DNA from: an uncultured Chloroflexia bacterium
Lineage (GTDB): Bacteria > Chloroflexota > Ktedonobacteria > Ktedonobacterales > JADMIN01
Length of the DNA stretch: 32,000 nucleotides
NCBI GenBank assembly: GCA_963718915.1
Contig: CAVRAI010000009.1
Location: 1-32,000 of the forward strand
Direction: 5' to 3'
The position numbers and the translations under genes are program-made. Shown piece after piece: positions 20,763 through 28,680 of this stretch; the stretch's first letter is position 1, and every line of letters begins with the position of its first letter. Below the pieces are notes generated by a model, which searched no databases, had not been told where the DNA came from, and saw only the letters and a list, made by a program, of their open reading frames with translations.

Positions 20763-20905
20763 GCGCCTGAAGGGCCTCGCTCCGCTCCGCCACAAAACCC
20801 GCCTGCGCGGGTTTCAAGAAACTACCCTGCGACCGATTGTCTGGTTGAGGTATGCTCTAGCGAGTCCGCGTCGGCGGACTTCGTGGCCGCAGGCCCTTCA
20901 GGCGC
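20763..20905. repeat. Nested palindromic (MITE/REP-like) element between tyrS and the GNAT gene
   Basis: The outer inverted repeat is GCGCCTGAAGGGCCT (20763-20777) pairing with AGGCCCTTCAGGCGC (20891-20905). Inner hairpins are AAACCCGC-CTGC-GCGGGTTT (20795-20814) and AGTCCGC-GTCG-GCGGACT (20863-20880). Confidence 0.65.
20792..20814 (-). terminator. Candidate intrinsic terminator for tyrS inside the palindromic element
   Basis: The minus strand reads AAACCCGCGCAGGCGGGTTTTGTGG, a GC stem followed by a short T run. It lies 119 nt downstream of the tyrS stop. Confidence 0.45.
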
Positions 20906-20932
20906 GGTTTTAACCGCCCGCGTTCCTTGAGA

Positions 20933-22231
20933 TTACTCGGTCGCCAGCAGCAGGTGGTATTTGTTCTTGCCCGCGCGCACCAGAATCGCCCGACCAAAGA
21001 GCGCCGTCTCGCGCGTCAGCAGCATCTCGGGATCGGTGACACGCTGATCGTTGACGTAGAGGCCGCCCTGCTGGATCAGCCTGCGCGCCGCGCCTTTGGA
21101 TGGCTGGATGCCCTCACCGACCAGCGTCTCGATCAGCGAGATGCCCGTCTCCAACGCGGAGGGCGCGAGCGGCGAGGTGGGAACCGCGCCTGCCAGATGG
21201 GGCAGCGCCGCCTGCGAGAGCGACGCGACGCCACCACCGAAGAGCGCCCCGGACGCCTCCGCCACGGCGCGGGCGGTCTCCTCTCCATGCACCAGCTTCG
21301 TCACCTCGACGGCGAGCAGGCGCTGGCCGACACGGCTCGCGGGGTCCGCCGCCTGCTGCCTGCCAATCGTAGCGATCTCGTCCAGTGGCAGGAAGGTAAA
21401 GACCTTCAGGTAGCGCTCGACATCGGCGTCTTCGGTGTTGATCCAGTACTGGTACAGTTCGTAGGCCGAGGTCATCGCCGGATCGAGGAAGAGCGCATTG
21501 CCCTCCGTCTTGCCGAGCTTCTGCCCCGATGATGATGTTATGAGCGGCGCGGTCAGCGCGTGCGCCTGCGCGTGGCGCGCGCGACGAATCAGATCGACAC
21601 CCGCCAGGAGATTTCCCCACTGGTCGTTGCCACCCACCTGCACGGTGCAGTTGAAATGATCGAAGAGATGCAGGAAGTCGATTGACTGAAGAATCATGTA
21701 GCTGAACTCGGTGTATGAGATACCCTGGGCGCGGTCTTCCAGCCGCGCACGCACCGACTCCTTGGCGATCATCATGTTCACGGAGAAGTGCTTGCCGATA
21801 TCGCGCAGGTACTCGATCAGCGTCATTTTGCCGAGCCAGTCGGCGTTGTTCACCATCACCGCGCCGTTCTCGCCCTCGAACGAGAGAAACGGTTCGAGCT
21901 GGCGGCGGATCAGCTCGGCGTTCGCATCCACCTGCTCGGTGCTGAGCAGCACGCGCTCCTCCGACTTGAAGCTGGGGTCACCGATCATGCCCGTGCCGCC
22001 GCCAACCAGCAGCAGCGGGCGGTGGCCAGCGCGCTGAAAGTGGGCCAGCATCATAATCGGCACGAGATTGCCGATTTGCAGGCTTGGTCTCGACGGATCC
22101 CACCCACAATAGACCGAGAGCATGCCTGTTGCCGCCGCCTCTGGCAGGCCACTCTCGGTGATCTCGCTGATCAGGCCGCGCTCCTGGAGCACGGCGATCA
22201 CATTTTTCGGGGATGCCTTCGACGTAACCAT
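20933..22231 (-). CDS. tyrS: Tyrosine--tRNA ligase with an atypical HIGH motif
   Basis: TyrRS sequences are clear: VYCGWDPSRPSLQIGNLVPIMMLAHFQRAGHRPLLLVGGGTGMIGDPSFK, a KMSKS-equivalent KLGKTEG, and a C-terminal S4-like domain (GGLYVNDQRV). I chose the ATG at 22231 (MVTSKASPKN) because AAGAGG lies upstream. The ORF-track start at 22336 adds an unsupported Cys/Pro-rich extension. Confidence 0.92.
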   Translation of the reverse strand: MVTSKASPKNVIAVLQERGLISEITESGLPEAAATGMLSVYCGWDPSRPSLQIGNLVPIMMLAHFQRAGHRPLLLVGGGTGMIGDPSFKSEERVLLSTEQVDANAELIRRQLEPFLSFEGENGAVMVNNADWLGKMTLIEYLRDIGKHFSVNMMIAKESVRARLEDRAQGISYTEFSYMILQSIDFLHLFDHFNCTVQVGGNDQWGNLLAGVDLIRRARHAQAHALTAPLITSSSGQKLGKTEGNALFLDPAMTSAYELYQYWINTEDADVERYLKVFTFLPLDEIATIGRQQAADPASRVGQRLLAVEVTKLVHGEETARAVAEASGALFGGGVASLSQAALPHLAGAVPTSPLAPSALETGISLIETLVGEGIQPSKGAARRLIQQGGLYVNDQRVTDPEMLLTRETALFGRAILVRAGKNKYHLLLATE

Positions 22232-22428
22232 TGCTCTGCTAACCTCTTTCTCACATACTCCACAGCACGGGTGGCATCTTCCCGGCGGGGGCGATGCGTG
22301 GCGGCGTGCCCACAGCGCCGGGAAACGCGCAAGCACAAACTATTGTCCGCCATTCGGGCACTGAAACGCAAGAGGGAAATGCAGCCGCACCCAGTCCATG
22401 AGTAAGACACGATCCACAGGGCATAAGG

Positions 22429-23211
22429 TCAGCGCGCTGGGTTAGCGCACTGGCTGAGCGCGAAGGAAACGAATCGCTCTGTTTGCCTCAACGCGGCCTC
22501 GTCAGAGGTATCCTCTTCATCTGGCGCCAGCCGCCATCGCAGCGCCTGCTCAATCAGCGCGGACCACTCCGGCCACTCTCGCGCCACCCATTGCGCCGCC
22601 TGATCCTTCGAGCCAAATGCGCCTGTCCCCAGGCTGAAAAGCGCCCGGCACATCGTCAGCATCGCGTAGGATTGCGCTTTGCGGAGCGTGGAACGCCCAA
22701 CCCACTCGCGCCATCCTTGCGCCTCGCGGTAGACAGCCGCCAGAAATTCGTCGTGAGAGATGGGCGCGATGAACGCCTGGGGCGCCGATCCAGCCAGTGT
22801 TACGCCGTACTCACGCACCACATACCAGTTCAGCAGCCAGTCGCTCCCAGCTTCTTTGACGTGAAATGGCTCGCCGGGACTGATAACGGCGATGGTGCTG
22901 GTCTGGGTACGAAACGTCCGCAACGCCTGTTGTGAGAGGTATGCGACCTCGATGCGGTTATCCCAGCGCGTGTGTTGCTCAGCAAAGTCCCGATGCATCT
23001 GGAGCAGCGCCGCGTATTCAGCGTTATCAACCTCCGACGAAAGCACCGCGACCAGGTCAATATCGCTATGCTCAGTATCGAAATCGCCGGTGACGAGCGA
23101 CCCATAGAGATAGCAGCCCAACAGCTTCTCGCCGCATATCCGCTGCATCCGCGTCAGGAGCAGCGCGATGATGTCATTGACTGCGGGATGAACGGTGATC
23201 GAGGCTGTCAT
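22429..23211 (-). CDS. Nucleotidyltransferase-domain protein with a DUF4111-like C-terminus (aminoglycoside adenylyltransferase ANT(3'')/AadA-like fold)
   Basis: The minimal nucleotidyltransferase motif is present (LYGSLVTGDFDTEHSDIDLVAVL), followed by an AadA-like helical C-terminal domain (...KDQAAQWVAREWPEWSALIEQALRWR). Confidence 0.75.
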   Translation of the reverse strand: MTASITVHPAVNDIIALLLTRMQRICGEKLLGCYLYGSLVTGDFDTEHSDIDLVAVLSSEVDNAEYAALLQMHRDFAEQHTRWDNRIEVAYLSQQALRTFRTQTSTIAVISPGEPFHVKEAGSDWLLNWYVVREYGVTLAGSAPQAFIAPISHDEFLAAVYREAQGWREWVGRSTLRKAQSYAMLTMCRALFSLGTGAFGSKDQAAQWVAREWPEWSALIEQALRWRLAPDEEDTSDEAALRQTERFVSFALSQCANPAR

Positions 23212-23241
23212 AGAGGCCTTATCCGCACAAATGCGCCTATA

Positions 23242-23628
23242 CTAGGCGGGGCGCTGCTCGGCGGCCTCGTCTACAATCGCCAGCAGGTCGTCCATTTCGA
23301 ATGGTTTGTCGACGATCTTCGCCGACACCTCCGCCAGCAGTGGCCCTGCCTGCCGTCGCAGGAGTTTGCTGCTGCCGGTCATCAGCAGGTAGACATGGCG
23401 CTCTTTGAGCTGCGGATCCGCAATGACCGCTCTGAGGAGGTCGATACCGTTGAGTTGTGGTATCAACATATCGAGCAGGACGATCAGGCGCTCCTGGCTT
23501 TCGCGCAAGATCCCCAGTGCGGTCACGCCGTCGCTCACATCCAGCACCTCGTGATCGGCATCTTCCAGGATGAAGCGTACGGCGTCACGAAAGTCCGGGT
23601 CGTCGTCCACTATCAGAACCTGCGCCAT
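23242..23628 (-). CDS. Single-domain response regulator (CheY-like receiver)
   Basis: The receiver motifs are present: VLIVDDDPDFRD, the phospho-acceptor context LIVLLDMLIPQLNG, and conserved T/K positions (LLMTGS, KIVDKPF). There is no output domain. Confidence 0.85.
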   Translation of the reverse strand: MAQVLIVDDDPDFRDAVRFILEDADHEVLDVSDGVTALGILRESQERLIVLLDMLIPQLNGIDLLRAVIADPQLKERHVYLLMTGSSKLLRRQAGPLLAEVSAKIVDKPFEMDDLLAIVDEAAEQRPA

Positions 23629-23790
23629 GTTCGCTGCTCCCTGGTAGCAGTAGTCGCGTAGACCCGGGATGTCTCATGGAGCGAGAGCGCCTGCCAGCGT
23701 GCTGGTGTGCGCTCCGTGTCCTCGTCGTCTCGCGGTAACTCGATTGCTCTGGGCAGTGTAGCACATCAGTTTGCTGGTTGTCGCCGCGCG

Positions 23791-24456
23791 TTACGCCAGC
23801 CCAATCGCCCCCAGCGCGCGGATGGTCGGCGTCAGCAGCGGCGTCAGCAGCGGACGCAGCGCCAGCGCGATCAGCCCACCGAGGATGCCACAGATGGCTC
23901 CGCCGAGCACGTCGCCAGGGTAATGCACCCCCACGTAGACCCGCGCGAAGGCAATCGCGAGGGCGGCCAGTAGCCCAAGCAGCGCGATAATAGCCGCCAG
24001 CCAGCGCGCGATGTCGCGTTGCGCAATGGTTCGGGCGCTGGCGAGCAGGACGGTGGCGAGGGCAAACGCCGCCGCCGAGTGGTCGCTGGGGAAAGAGGCG
24101 TCGGCGGCGTGGGCGATGAGTTTATGGACGAGCGTGGGATGCGAGATGAAGGGGCGTGGCTCGAAGAGCAGATGACCCAGCAGGACATTGATACCCAGGG
24201 CAATGACCACGCCGACCACCGCCAGCGCCAGGGCGATATGCCCCTCCATCCGGGCGGCGTCGTTTTGGGGGTCGCGCCGCGCCAGGGGTGACCAGCGCGC
24301 CAGGGCGAACCAGAGCACGAGGACCAGCAGCGGGAGAAGGAAAATCAGGTCGTTGGCGGCGAAGACCATCATCGGATCGAGCAGCCCCTCATGGCCCGCG
24401 GGCTGATTGATGTCCTCAAAGAGAGTCCAGTTCCAGGAAAGCACGTCTTGCACCAT
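23791..24456 (-). CDS. PAP2-family phosphatase (BcrC/undecaprenyl-diphosphatase-like)
   Basis: The PAP2 motifs SFPSDHSAAAF and ARVYVGVHYPGDVLGG sit in a multi-TM protein. GAGGAA lies 7 nt upstream of the ATG. Confidence 0.85.
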   Translation of the reverse strand: MVQDVLSWNWTLFEDINQPAGHEGLLDPMMVFAANDLIFLLPLLVLVLWFALARWSPLARRDPQNDAARMEGHIALALAVVGVVIALGINVLLGHLLFEPRPFISHPTLVHKLIAHAADASFPSDHSAAAFALATVLLASARTIAQRDIARWLAAIIALLGLLAALAIAFARVYVGVHYPGDVLGGAICGILGGLIALALRPLLTPLLTPTIRALGAIGLA

Positions 24457-24527
24457 TTCGTCGTTCCTCAGCCTCTACGCTTCACATTCGTCTCTACATG
24501 GCTACCCATGGCACGGCACAGCAACCA

Positions 24528-24549
24528 GCGCATGTTAAGCGCATGTTAA
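24528..24549. repeat. 11-bp tandem duplication in the PAP2 upstream region
   Basis: GCGCATGTTAA occurs twice, at 24528-24538 and 24539-24549, and both copies are perfect. Confidence 0.85.
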
Positions 24550-24656
24550 ACTTCTATTAAAGTGGAATGGGTCGCAGTATAAGCTATATTGCGTAGAATT
24601 GGCAATCGGATCGGCTAACAGTCCCTTTTCTTGCCATCCGATGACGCGCCGCATAG

Positions 24657-24694
24657 CACAAAACTGCCCTCCAGCAATCGTGTGTGGAGGGCAG
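24657..24694 (-). terminator. Intrinsic terminator of the ECF sigma/anti-sigma operon
   Basis: The minus strand reads CTGCCCTCCA-n11-TGGAGGGCAG followed by TTTTGTG. The stem is perfect and 10 bp long (24664-24673 pairing with 24685-24694). It lies 30 nt downstream of the stop at 24724. Confidence 0.75.
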
Positions 24695-24723
24695 CGTAGG
24701 ATGGTGGGCGAGACGCCAGGCGG

Positions 24724-26580
24724 CTATGGCTGGTAGCGGTCGACCGCGAAGGTGAACAGTTGTGTATTGCCCGTCTGCACAGACTTGCTGGTGATGATGG
24801 CCCAGAAGGACTCCTCCCCGGTCGGCGAGACGGTGTAGCGCAATGTCGAAACATGGCCATCGGGCGCGGGCGCGATGACCTGCCAGCTGGTCTCGCCGGG
24901 CTTCCAGGTGTAGACCTTTGCCGCCTGCCCCTGATCGGCCTGGGTGGTGAAGGAGACGACCAACGAGCCATCAGCGCGCACAATCAACGGCGCGATAATC
25001 GGCAGCGCTTTATCAGGCGGGCCTGCCAGCGGCGACTTCTTCCACGAATGGCCGCCATCGCTGCTGGCGAGGAACTCATCGGCGGACTGCGTGACGCCGA
25101 TGATATGCGGCTGCCAGTTGACGGCTGGGAGATTGATGACCAGCAGCGGCTTGCCATCGGATAGCGCCGACGCCATACCCTGTGACGCGCCCTGTGGCAG
25201 GAAGCTGACGTGTACCCAGTTATTCCCGGCGTCGTCACTGCGGTCGAGCGCGAGTACTGGCGAGTTGAGCATATCGCATGAGCCACGGCTGACCGCGGCA
25301 AAGATCGTCTGGCTATTGGGCTGCGCGGCGAAGTCGCAGACGCCCTGACCCAGACCGCCAGCATCGGCCACCTGCCAGGTCGCGCCGCCATTCGTGCTGG
25401 TGACCAGCCGTCCGCCAGCGCTGGTACAGCTTGGCCCGCAGCTCAGCATCGCATAGAGGCGCGTGCCCTGCGCTTGAATCGGTGTCCCGGCGTAGGGTGC
25501 GGAGTCCGAGTAAGGGGTAGAAAGCGAGCCATTCACCGGGAAGCTGATCGCCTTCCACGAGGCGCCCTCATTGGTCGAGCGATATGTCGTGCTGCACGGC
25601 ACCTGGCCCGACGCCAGGATGTTGCCGTGGGTCGCGCCGCCAGCCGAGGCGAGCGCCGACGATGGACAGGCGTTCGTCCCCTGCCCATAGGCCAGGTTCA
25701 CCGTCACCGTCAGAAACGCGGTATGGGCGTCCAGCGGACTGGCCCAGATTTCGAGGATAATCGCCTGATCCGCGGAGGCCGGAAGGACAAGCGCCTTCCA
25801 GGTGGCGCCGTCATCATCCGAGCGGCGTAGTGAGATTGGCGCCATCGAGATCTCATAGACGATGGTGGGATCTATCGGCGAGAAGACTGGATACGGCGTC
25901 TGGGTGAAGACCGTCGTGCTATAGGTCATGCCCTCCATAACCTGCCACTTGCCTTGCGCGGTGGAGATGGGCGTCTGCGATGGCGACGTGGTGGCGTTAG
26001 CCGTGACGTCCGCGGTGGCGGTACCGTCGGTTCCCGCCGGGCTGTTTGCGCCCTTACTTCCGGCGAAGCCGCGCAGGAGCAGAGCGAACAGCGCGATGAT
26101 CGCAATCGCTGAGGCGCCAGCCGCGATGGTGCGCCAGTGATTCGGCTTCTTGATCGGCTGGATAGGCTGCGGTGGCCAACTCTCCGTGGGAGATGTTAGC
26201 AGATCGTTCTCATCAGATGTCATGTGTATCCCCCGATGGTTCAGGCGTCTGTCTAGCCCAACGATTTCATCTGAGTCTGGACTGCCGGATGTATCAGGCG
26301 CGGGCGCCAGCGAGACGCGCCGCTGGATAGTGTCGAGCGTGAGGAACGGTGGCACATTGGCCGGGATGCCATAGTGTCGCCGCACACCCTCCTCGATCAC
26401 CTGATCCGCCGCTGCCGTCGCCTCCTCGCGGCACGCTGCGCAGAATCGCAGGTGTCCGCGTAGCGCCGTCTGTTCGTCTGGCGAAAGGGTTCCGTCGCGG
26501 AGCCGTGGTGCGAGCGAACGATAGAGCGTTGCGTCAGCCGGGCAGGGAGGCTTCGGGAGTTCTGGTTGGGTGTTCATCAT
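24724..26580 (-). CDS. Anti-sigma factor: N-terminal zf-HC2, one TM segment, and an extracytoplasmic BNR/Asp-box beta-propeller
   Basis: HLRFCAAC matches H-x3-C-x2-C. The TM segment is WRTIAAGASAIAIIALFALLL. Repeated Asp-boxes are SDDDGATWKAL, STNEGASWKAI, STNGGATWQV, SDDAGNNWVHV and SSDGGHSWKKS. The start overlaps the sigma gene stop (ATGA). Confidence 0.8.
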   Translation of the reverse strand: MMNTQPELPKPPCPADATLYRSLAPRLRDGTLSPDEQTALRGHLRFCAACREEATAAADQVIEEGVRRHYGIPANVPPFLTLDTIQRRVSLAPAPDTSGSPDSDEIVGLDRRLNHRGIHMTSDENDLLTSPTESWPPQPIQPIKKPNHWRTIAAGASAIAIIALFALLLRGFAGSKGANSPAGTDGTATADVTANATTSPSQTPISTAQGKWQVMEGMTYSTTVFTQTPYPVFSPIDPTIVYEISMAPISLRRSDDDGATWKALVLPASADQAIILEIWASPLDAHTAFLTVTVNLAYGQGTNACPSSALASAGGATHGNILASGQVPCSTTYRSTNEGASWKAISFPVNGSLSTPYSDSAPYAGTPIQAQGTRLYAMLSCGPSCTSAGGRLVTSTNGGATWQVADAGGLGQGVCDFAAQPNSQTIFAAVSRGSCDMLNSPVLALDRSDDAGNNWVHVSFLPQGASQGMASALSDGKPLLVINLPAVNWQPHIIGVTQSADEFLASSDGGHSWKKSPLAGPPDKALPIIAPLIVRADGSLVVSFTTQADQGQAAKVYTWKPGETSWQVIAPAPDGHVSTLRYTVSPTGEESFWAIITSKSVQTGNTQLFTFAVDRYQP

Positions 26581-27155
26581 CCGTGAGTCTCCTGCGACCG
26601 TGGATTCCGTGCAAGGTAGCCTGCACGCAACCGCTGCTTCGCACGGGTGAGACGTTTCTTCGCCGCCTCCGTCGAGATACCGGTAATCTCGGCGATTTCG
26701 GTGGTGGTGAAGCCGTGTACGATGTTGAGAAGCAGCAACGCAACCGCCTCTGGCGCGAGGGTCGCGAAAACTTCGCGCAACACCTCACCCTCCAGCACGG
26801 CGTCTTCGAATGGGTACATGAGCAGGGGAATCTCGCCATGGTGCTCGGTGATCGCATCAAGCGATTCCCAGCGAATCAGCCGCCGACGCCGCAACGCTGA
26901 GATCGCCCGCCAGTAGGCCGCGTTGAAGAGCCACCGCCGGATGCCTTCCTCGGAGCCTTCGTGCCCGTCAAATGGCGCGACGGCCCGCTGCGACACACGC
27001 CAGGCGTCACAGAAAACATCCTGCACGATGTCGCGCGCGTGTTCGGTGTCGCTGATGAATCCACGCAGAAAGCTATAGAGCGGCCACTGGTAGCGATTGA
27101 GGAGATCGCCAAACGCTCCGGGAGCCAGCATCCTGGGCGCGGAAGCATCCTTCAT
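26577..27155 (-). CDS. ECF-type RNA polymerase sigma-70 factor
   Basis: Region 2 (ARDIVQDVFCDAW) and the region 4 HTH (FTTTEIAEITGISTEAAKKRLTRAKQRLR) are both visible. I chose the ATG at 27155 (MKDASAP) because GAGGAGG lies upstream, rather than the ORF-track start at 27275. Confidence 0.85.
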   Translation of the reverse strand: MKDASAPRMLAPGAFGDLLNRYQWPLYSFLRGFISDTEHARDIVQDVFCDAWRVSQRAVAPFDGHEGSEEGIRRWLFNAAYWRAISALRRRRLIRWESLDAITEHHGEIPLLMYPFEDAVLEGEVLREVFATLAPEAVALLLLNIVHGFTTTEIAEITGISTEAAKKRLTRAKQRLRAGYLARNPRSQETHG

Positions 27156-27266
27156 GCCGCCTCCTCGCTTCGAGCGCCTCTGCACATCGGGTCTGATTCC
27201 CCCTCTGCCTACTACGCCGCACCAGCCATCTGTTTGGGGACAGGGCCGCCTATGAATCCGTGAAAT

Positions 27267-27299
27267 TGTGGTCAATGTGTGGTCATTGTGTGGTCATTG
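27267..27299. repeat. 11-bp tandem repeat (3 copies) upstream of the ECF sigma gene
   Basis: The copies are TGTGGTCAATG, TGTGGTCATTG and TGTGGTCATTG. The array lies 112 nt upstream of the ATG at 27155. Confidence 0.85.
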
Positions 27300-27554
27300 T
27301 CCACCCAACGGCCACGCCAGTGACCGATGATAACAAGGTCGGCTGAAGTGTTGTCTATCCAACGCGCTGGAGCCTGTCCGTGAGTGGGCGGGGAAATTCA
27401 CCATAGCGTCAACGCTACGGCACACCTCCCTATGACAACGATCCCAACGGATGTCGTATGAGCCGGTCATCTGTGCGAACGAGAGACACGCCGCCGAGTC
27501 ACTTCGGAGTCACGCCGCATCACTCGGGGTCACTCGGAGCCAGAGACGATGAAC

Positions 27555-27818
27555 TCAATGGCGCGTGTGCCTGTGACGGTGATGTTTGTGGGGCGCTGGC
27601 GGTGTGGAGGCAGGGAGATTGGGGTGAAAATCTATCGCGATATGCGCGGTAGTAGGTGTCGGGAAGACCGCGACCCGACGGAGCAGGCTCTCTGCCAGAG
27701 GGAGTGTTGCCCGCCAGCTGCTGCCATCCTCTTCGAGTCCCTGATGCAACGGGAGCAGTTCGAGTGGAACGGTCTCCACTGTCTGCTCCTCGTCGTGGTC
27801 AGCGGCGCTACCCGTCAT
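27555..27818 (-). CDS. Questionable 87-aa ORF downstream of the second ECF sigma gene
   Basis: The only support is an open frame that overlaps the sigma gene end by 11 nt. The product is acidic at the N-terminus and ends in a His/Arg-rich tail (HKHHRHRHTRH). I see no TM segment, no recognisable domain and no clear SD. Confidence 0.25.
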   Translation of the reverse strand: MTGSAADHDEEQTVETVPLELLPLHQGLEEDGSSWRATLPLAESLLRRVAVFPTPTTAHIAIDFHPNLPASTPPAPHKHHRHRHTRH

Positions 27819-28485
27819 GCGTCTCTCCCTGTGGGTCCGTGGTGGGAGCCATCGTTGCGGTTGCGGTTGCGGTCGCGGCGGTTGTGGTCGCAGCCACGGT
27901 CATCTGGCCGCGCAACTCCCGGAGCGCGCGCCGCAGCCGGGTGCGCACGGTGGCCGGAGGGATGCCCAGAATCGCGCCGACCTCGGTCGCGTCCATGCCA
28001 GAGTAGTAGCGCAAGACGACGACCAGCCGCAGGTCCTCACCCAGCGAGCCGACAGCCCCGCGCAGGTCAATGGCGTTGGCGTGGTCGCTGGCGCCGGGAT
28101 CGCCGCCGAGCATCGCCAGGGGCGCGGCCTCGTCGTCATAGAGCGGCTCCGTCAGCCGACGCCGTGTGCCAAAGCGTCCGCGCTGCCAGTCGCGGCAGAC
28201 GTTGACGGTGATACGCAGCAGCCACGAACGCGCCGCCGAGCTATCCCGCAGCGTGGGCCATGCCTGCCAGCCGCGCGTGATCGCTTCCTGGGCGGCGTCT
28301 TCGGCGTCGGCGGGGCCAACCAGCGCTGCCGCAACGCGCAGAATCGCGGTCGCATATTGAGGAATGAGCGCCACAAATTCGGCGTCATTAGCAGAGAACC
28401 CGGTGGCTTCAGCGTCCTGACTGTGTTGCATCATCGTACGCAATCGCTGCCTGGATAACGCCATCTTCGTTCGCCTCAATTCCAT
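27808..28485 (-). CDS. ECF-type sigma-70 factor with a low-complexity Ala/Thr C-terminal tail
   Basis: Region 2 (AEDAAQEAITRGW, WLLRITVNVCRDWQR) and region 4 (VVVLRYYSGMDATEVGAILGIPPATVRTRLRRALRELR) are visible. The tail is TVAATTTAATATATATMAPTT. GGAGGGAG lies upstream of the ATG at 28485. Confidence 0.8.
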   Translation of the reverse strand: MELRRTKMALSRQRLRTMMQHSQDAEATGFSANDAEFVALIPQYATAILRVAAALVGPADAEDAAQEAITRGWQAWPTLRDSSAARSWLLRITVNVCRDWQRGRFGTRRRLTEPLYDDEAAPLAMLGGDPGASDHANAIDLRGAVGSLGEDLRLVVVLRYYSGMDATEVGAILGIPPATVRTRLRRALRELRGQMTVAATTTAATATATATMAPTTDPQGETHDG

Positions 28486-28680
28486 GATTTGACGCGCTCC
28501 CTCCGTGCGTTCTCCGCCTATCTGTAAAGAAGGATTGGAACTCGTCTAGTGTTTTCGTCATGCTCTAACTGTTCGTGATGAGAACCTCCTTCTCTATACA
28601 CAATCGAACGAGTTCATTTGTAACGGACAATTTTGTCGGATTTTGGGGTGAAACTGAACAGGAAGATGGAGCGGATAGCG

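Noticed and set aside
22232-22428. I considered a T-box riboswitch upstream of tyrS.
   Set aside because: The only GGGTGG-like string (ACGGGTGGCATC, about 22268-22279) is on the plus strand, which is antisense to tyrS. On the coding strand I see no AGGGUGGNACCGCG core and no clear specifier loop. I kept only a low-interest 'structured leader' note.
28537-28559. GGAAC-n14-CGTC on the plus strand upstream of the cupin could be an ECF-type promoter.
   Set aside because: The 14-nt spacer is shorter than the 16-17 nt or so typical of ECF promoters. A single occurrence with no second copy upstream of either sigma gene is not convincing.
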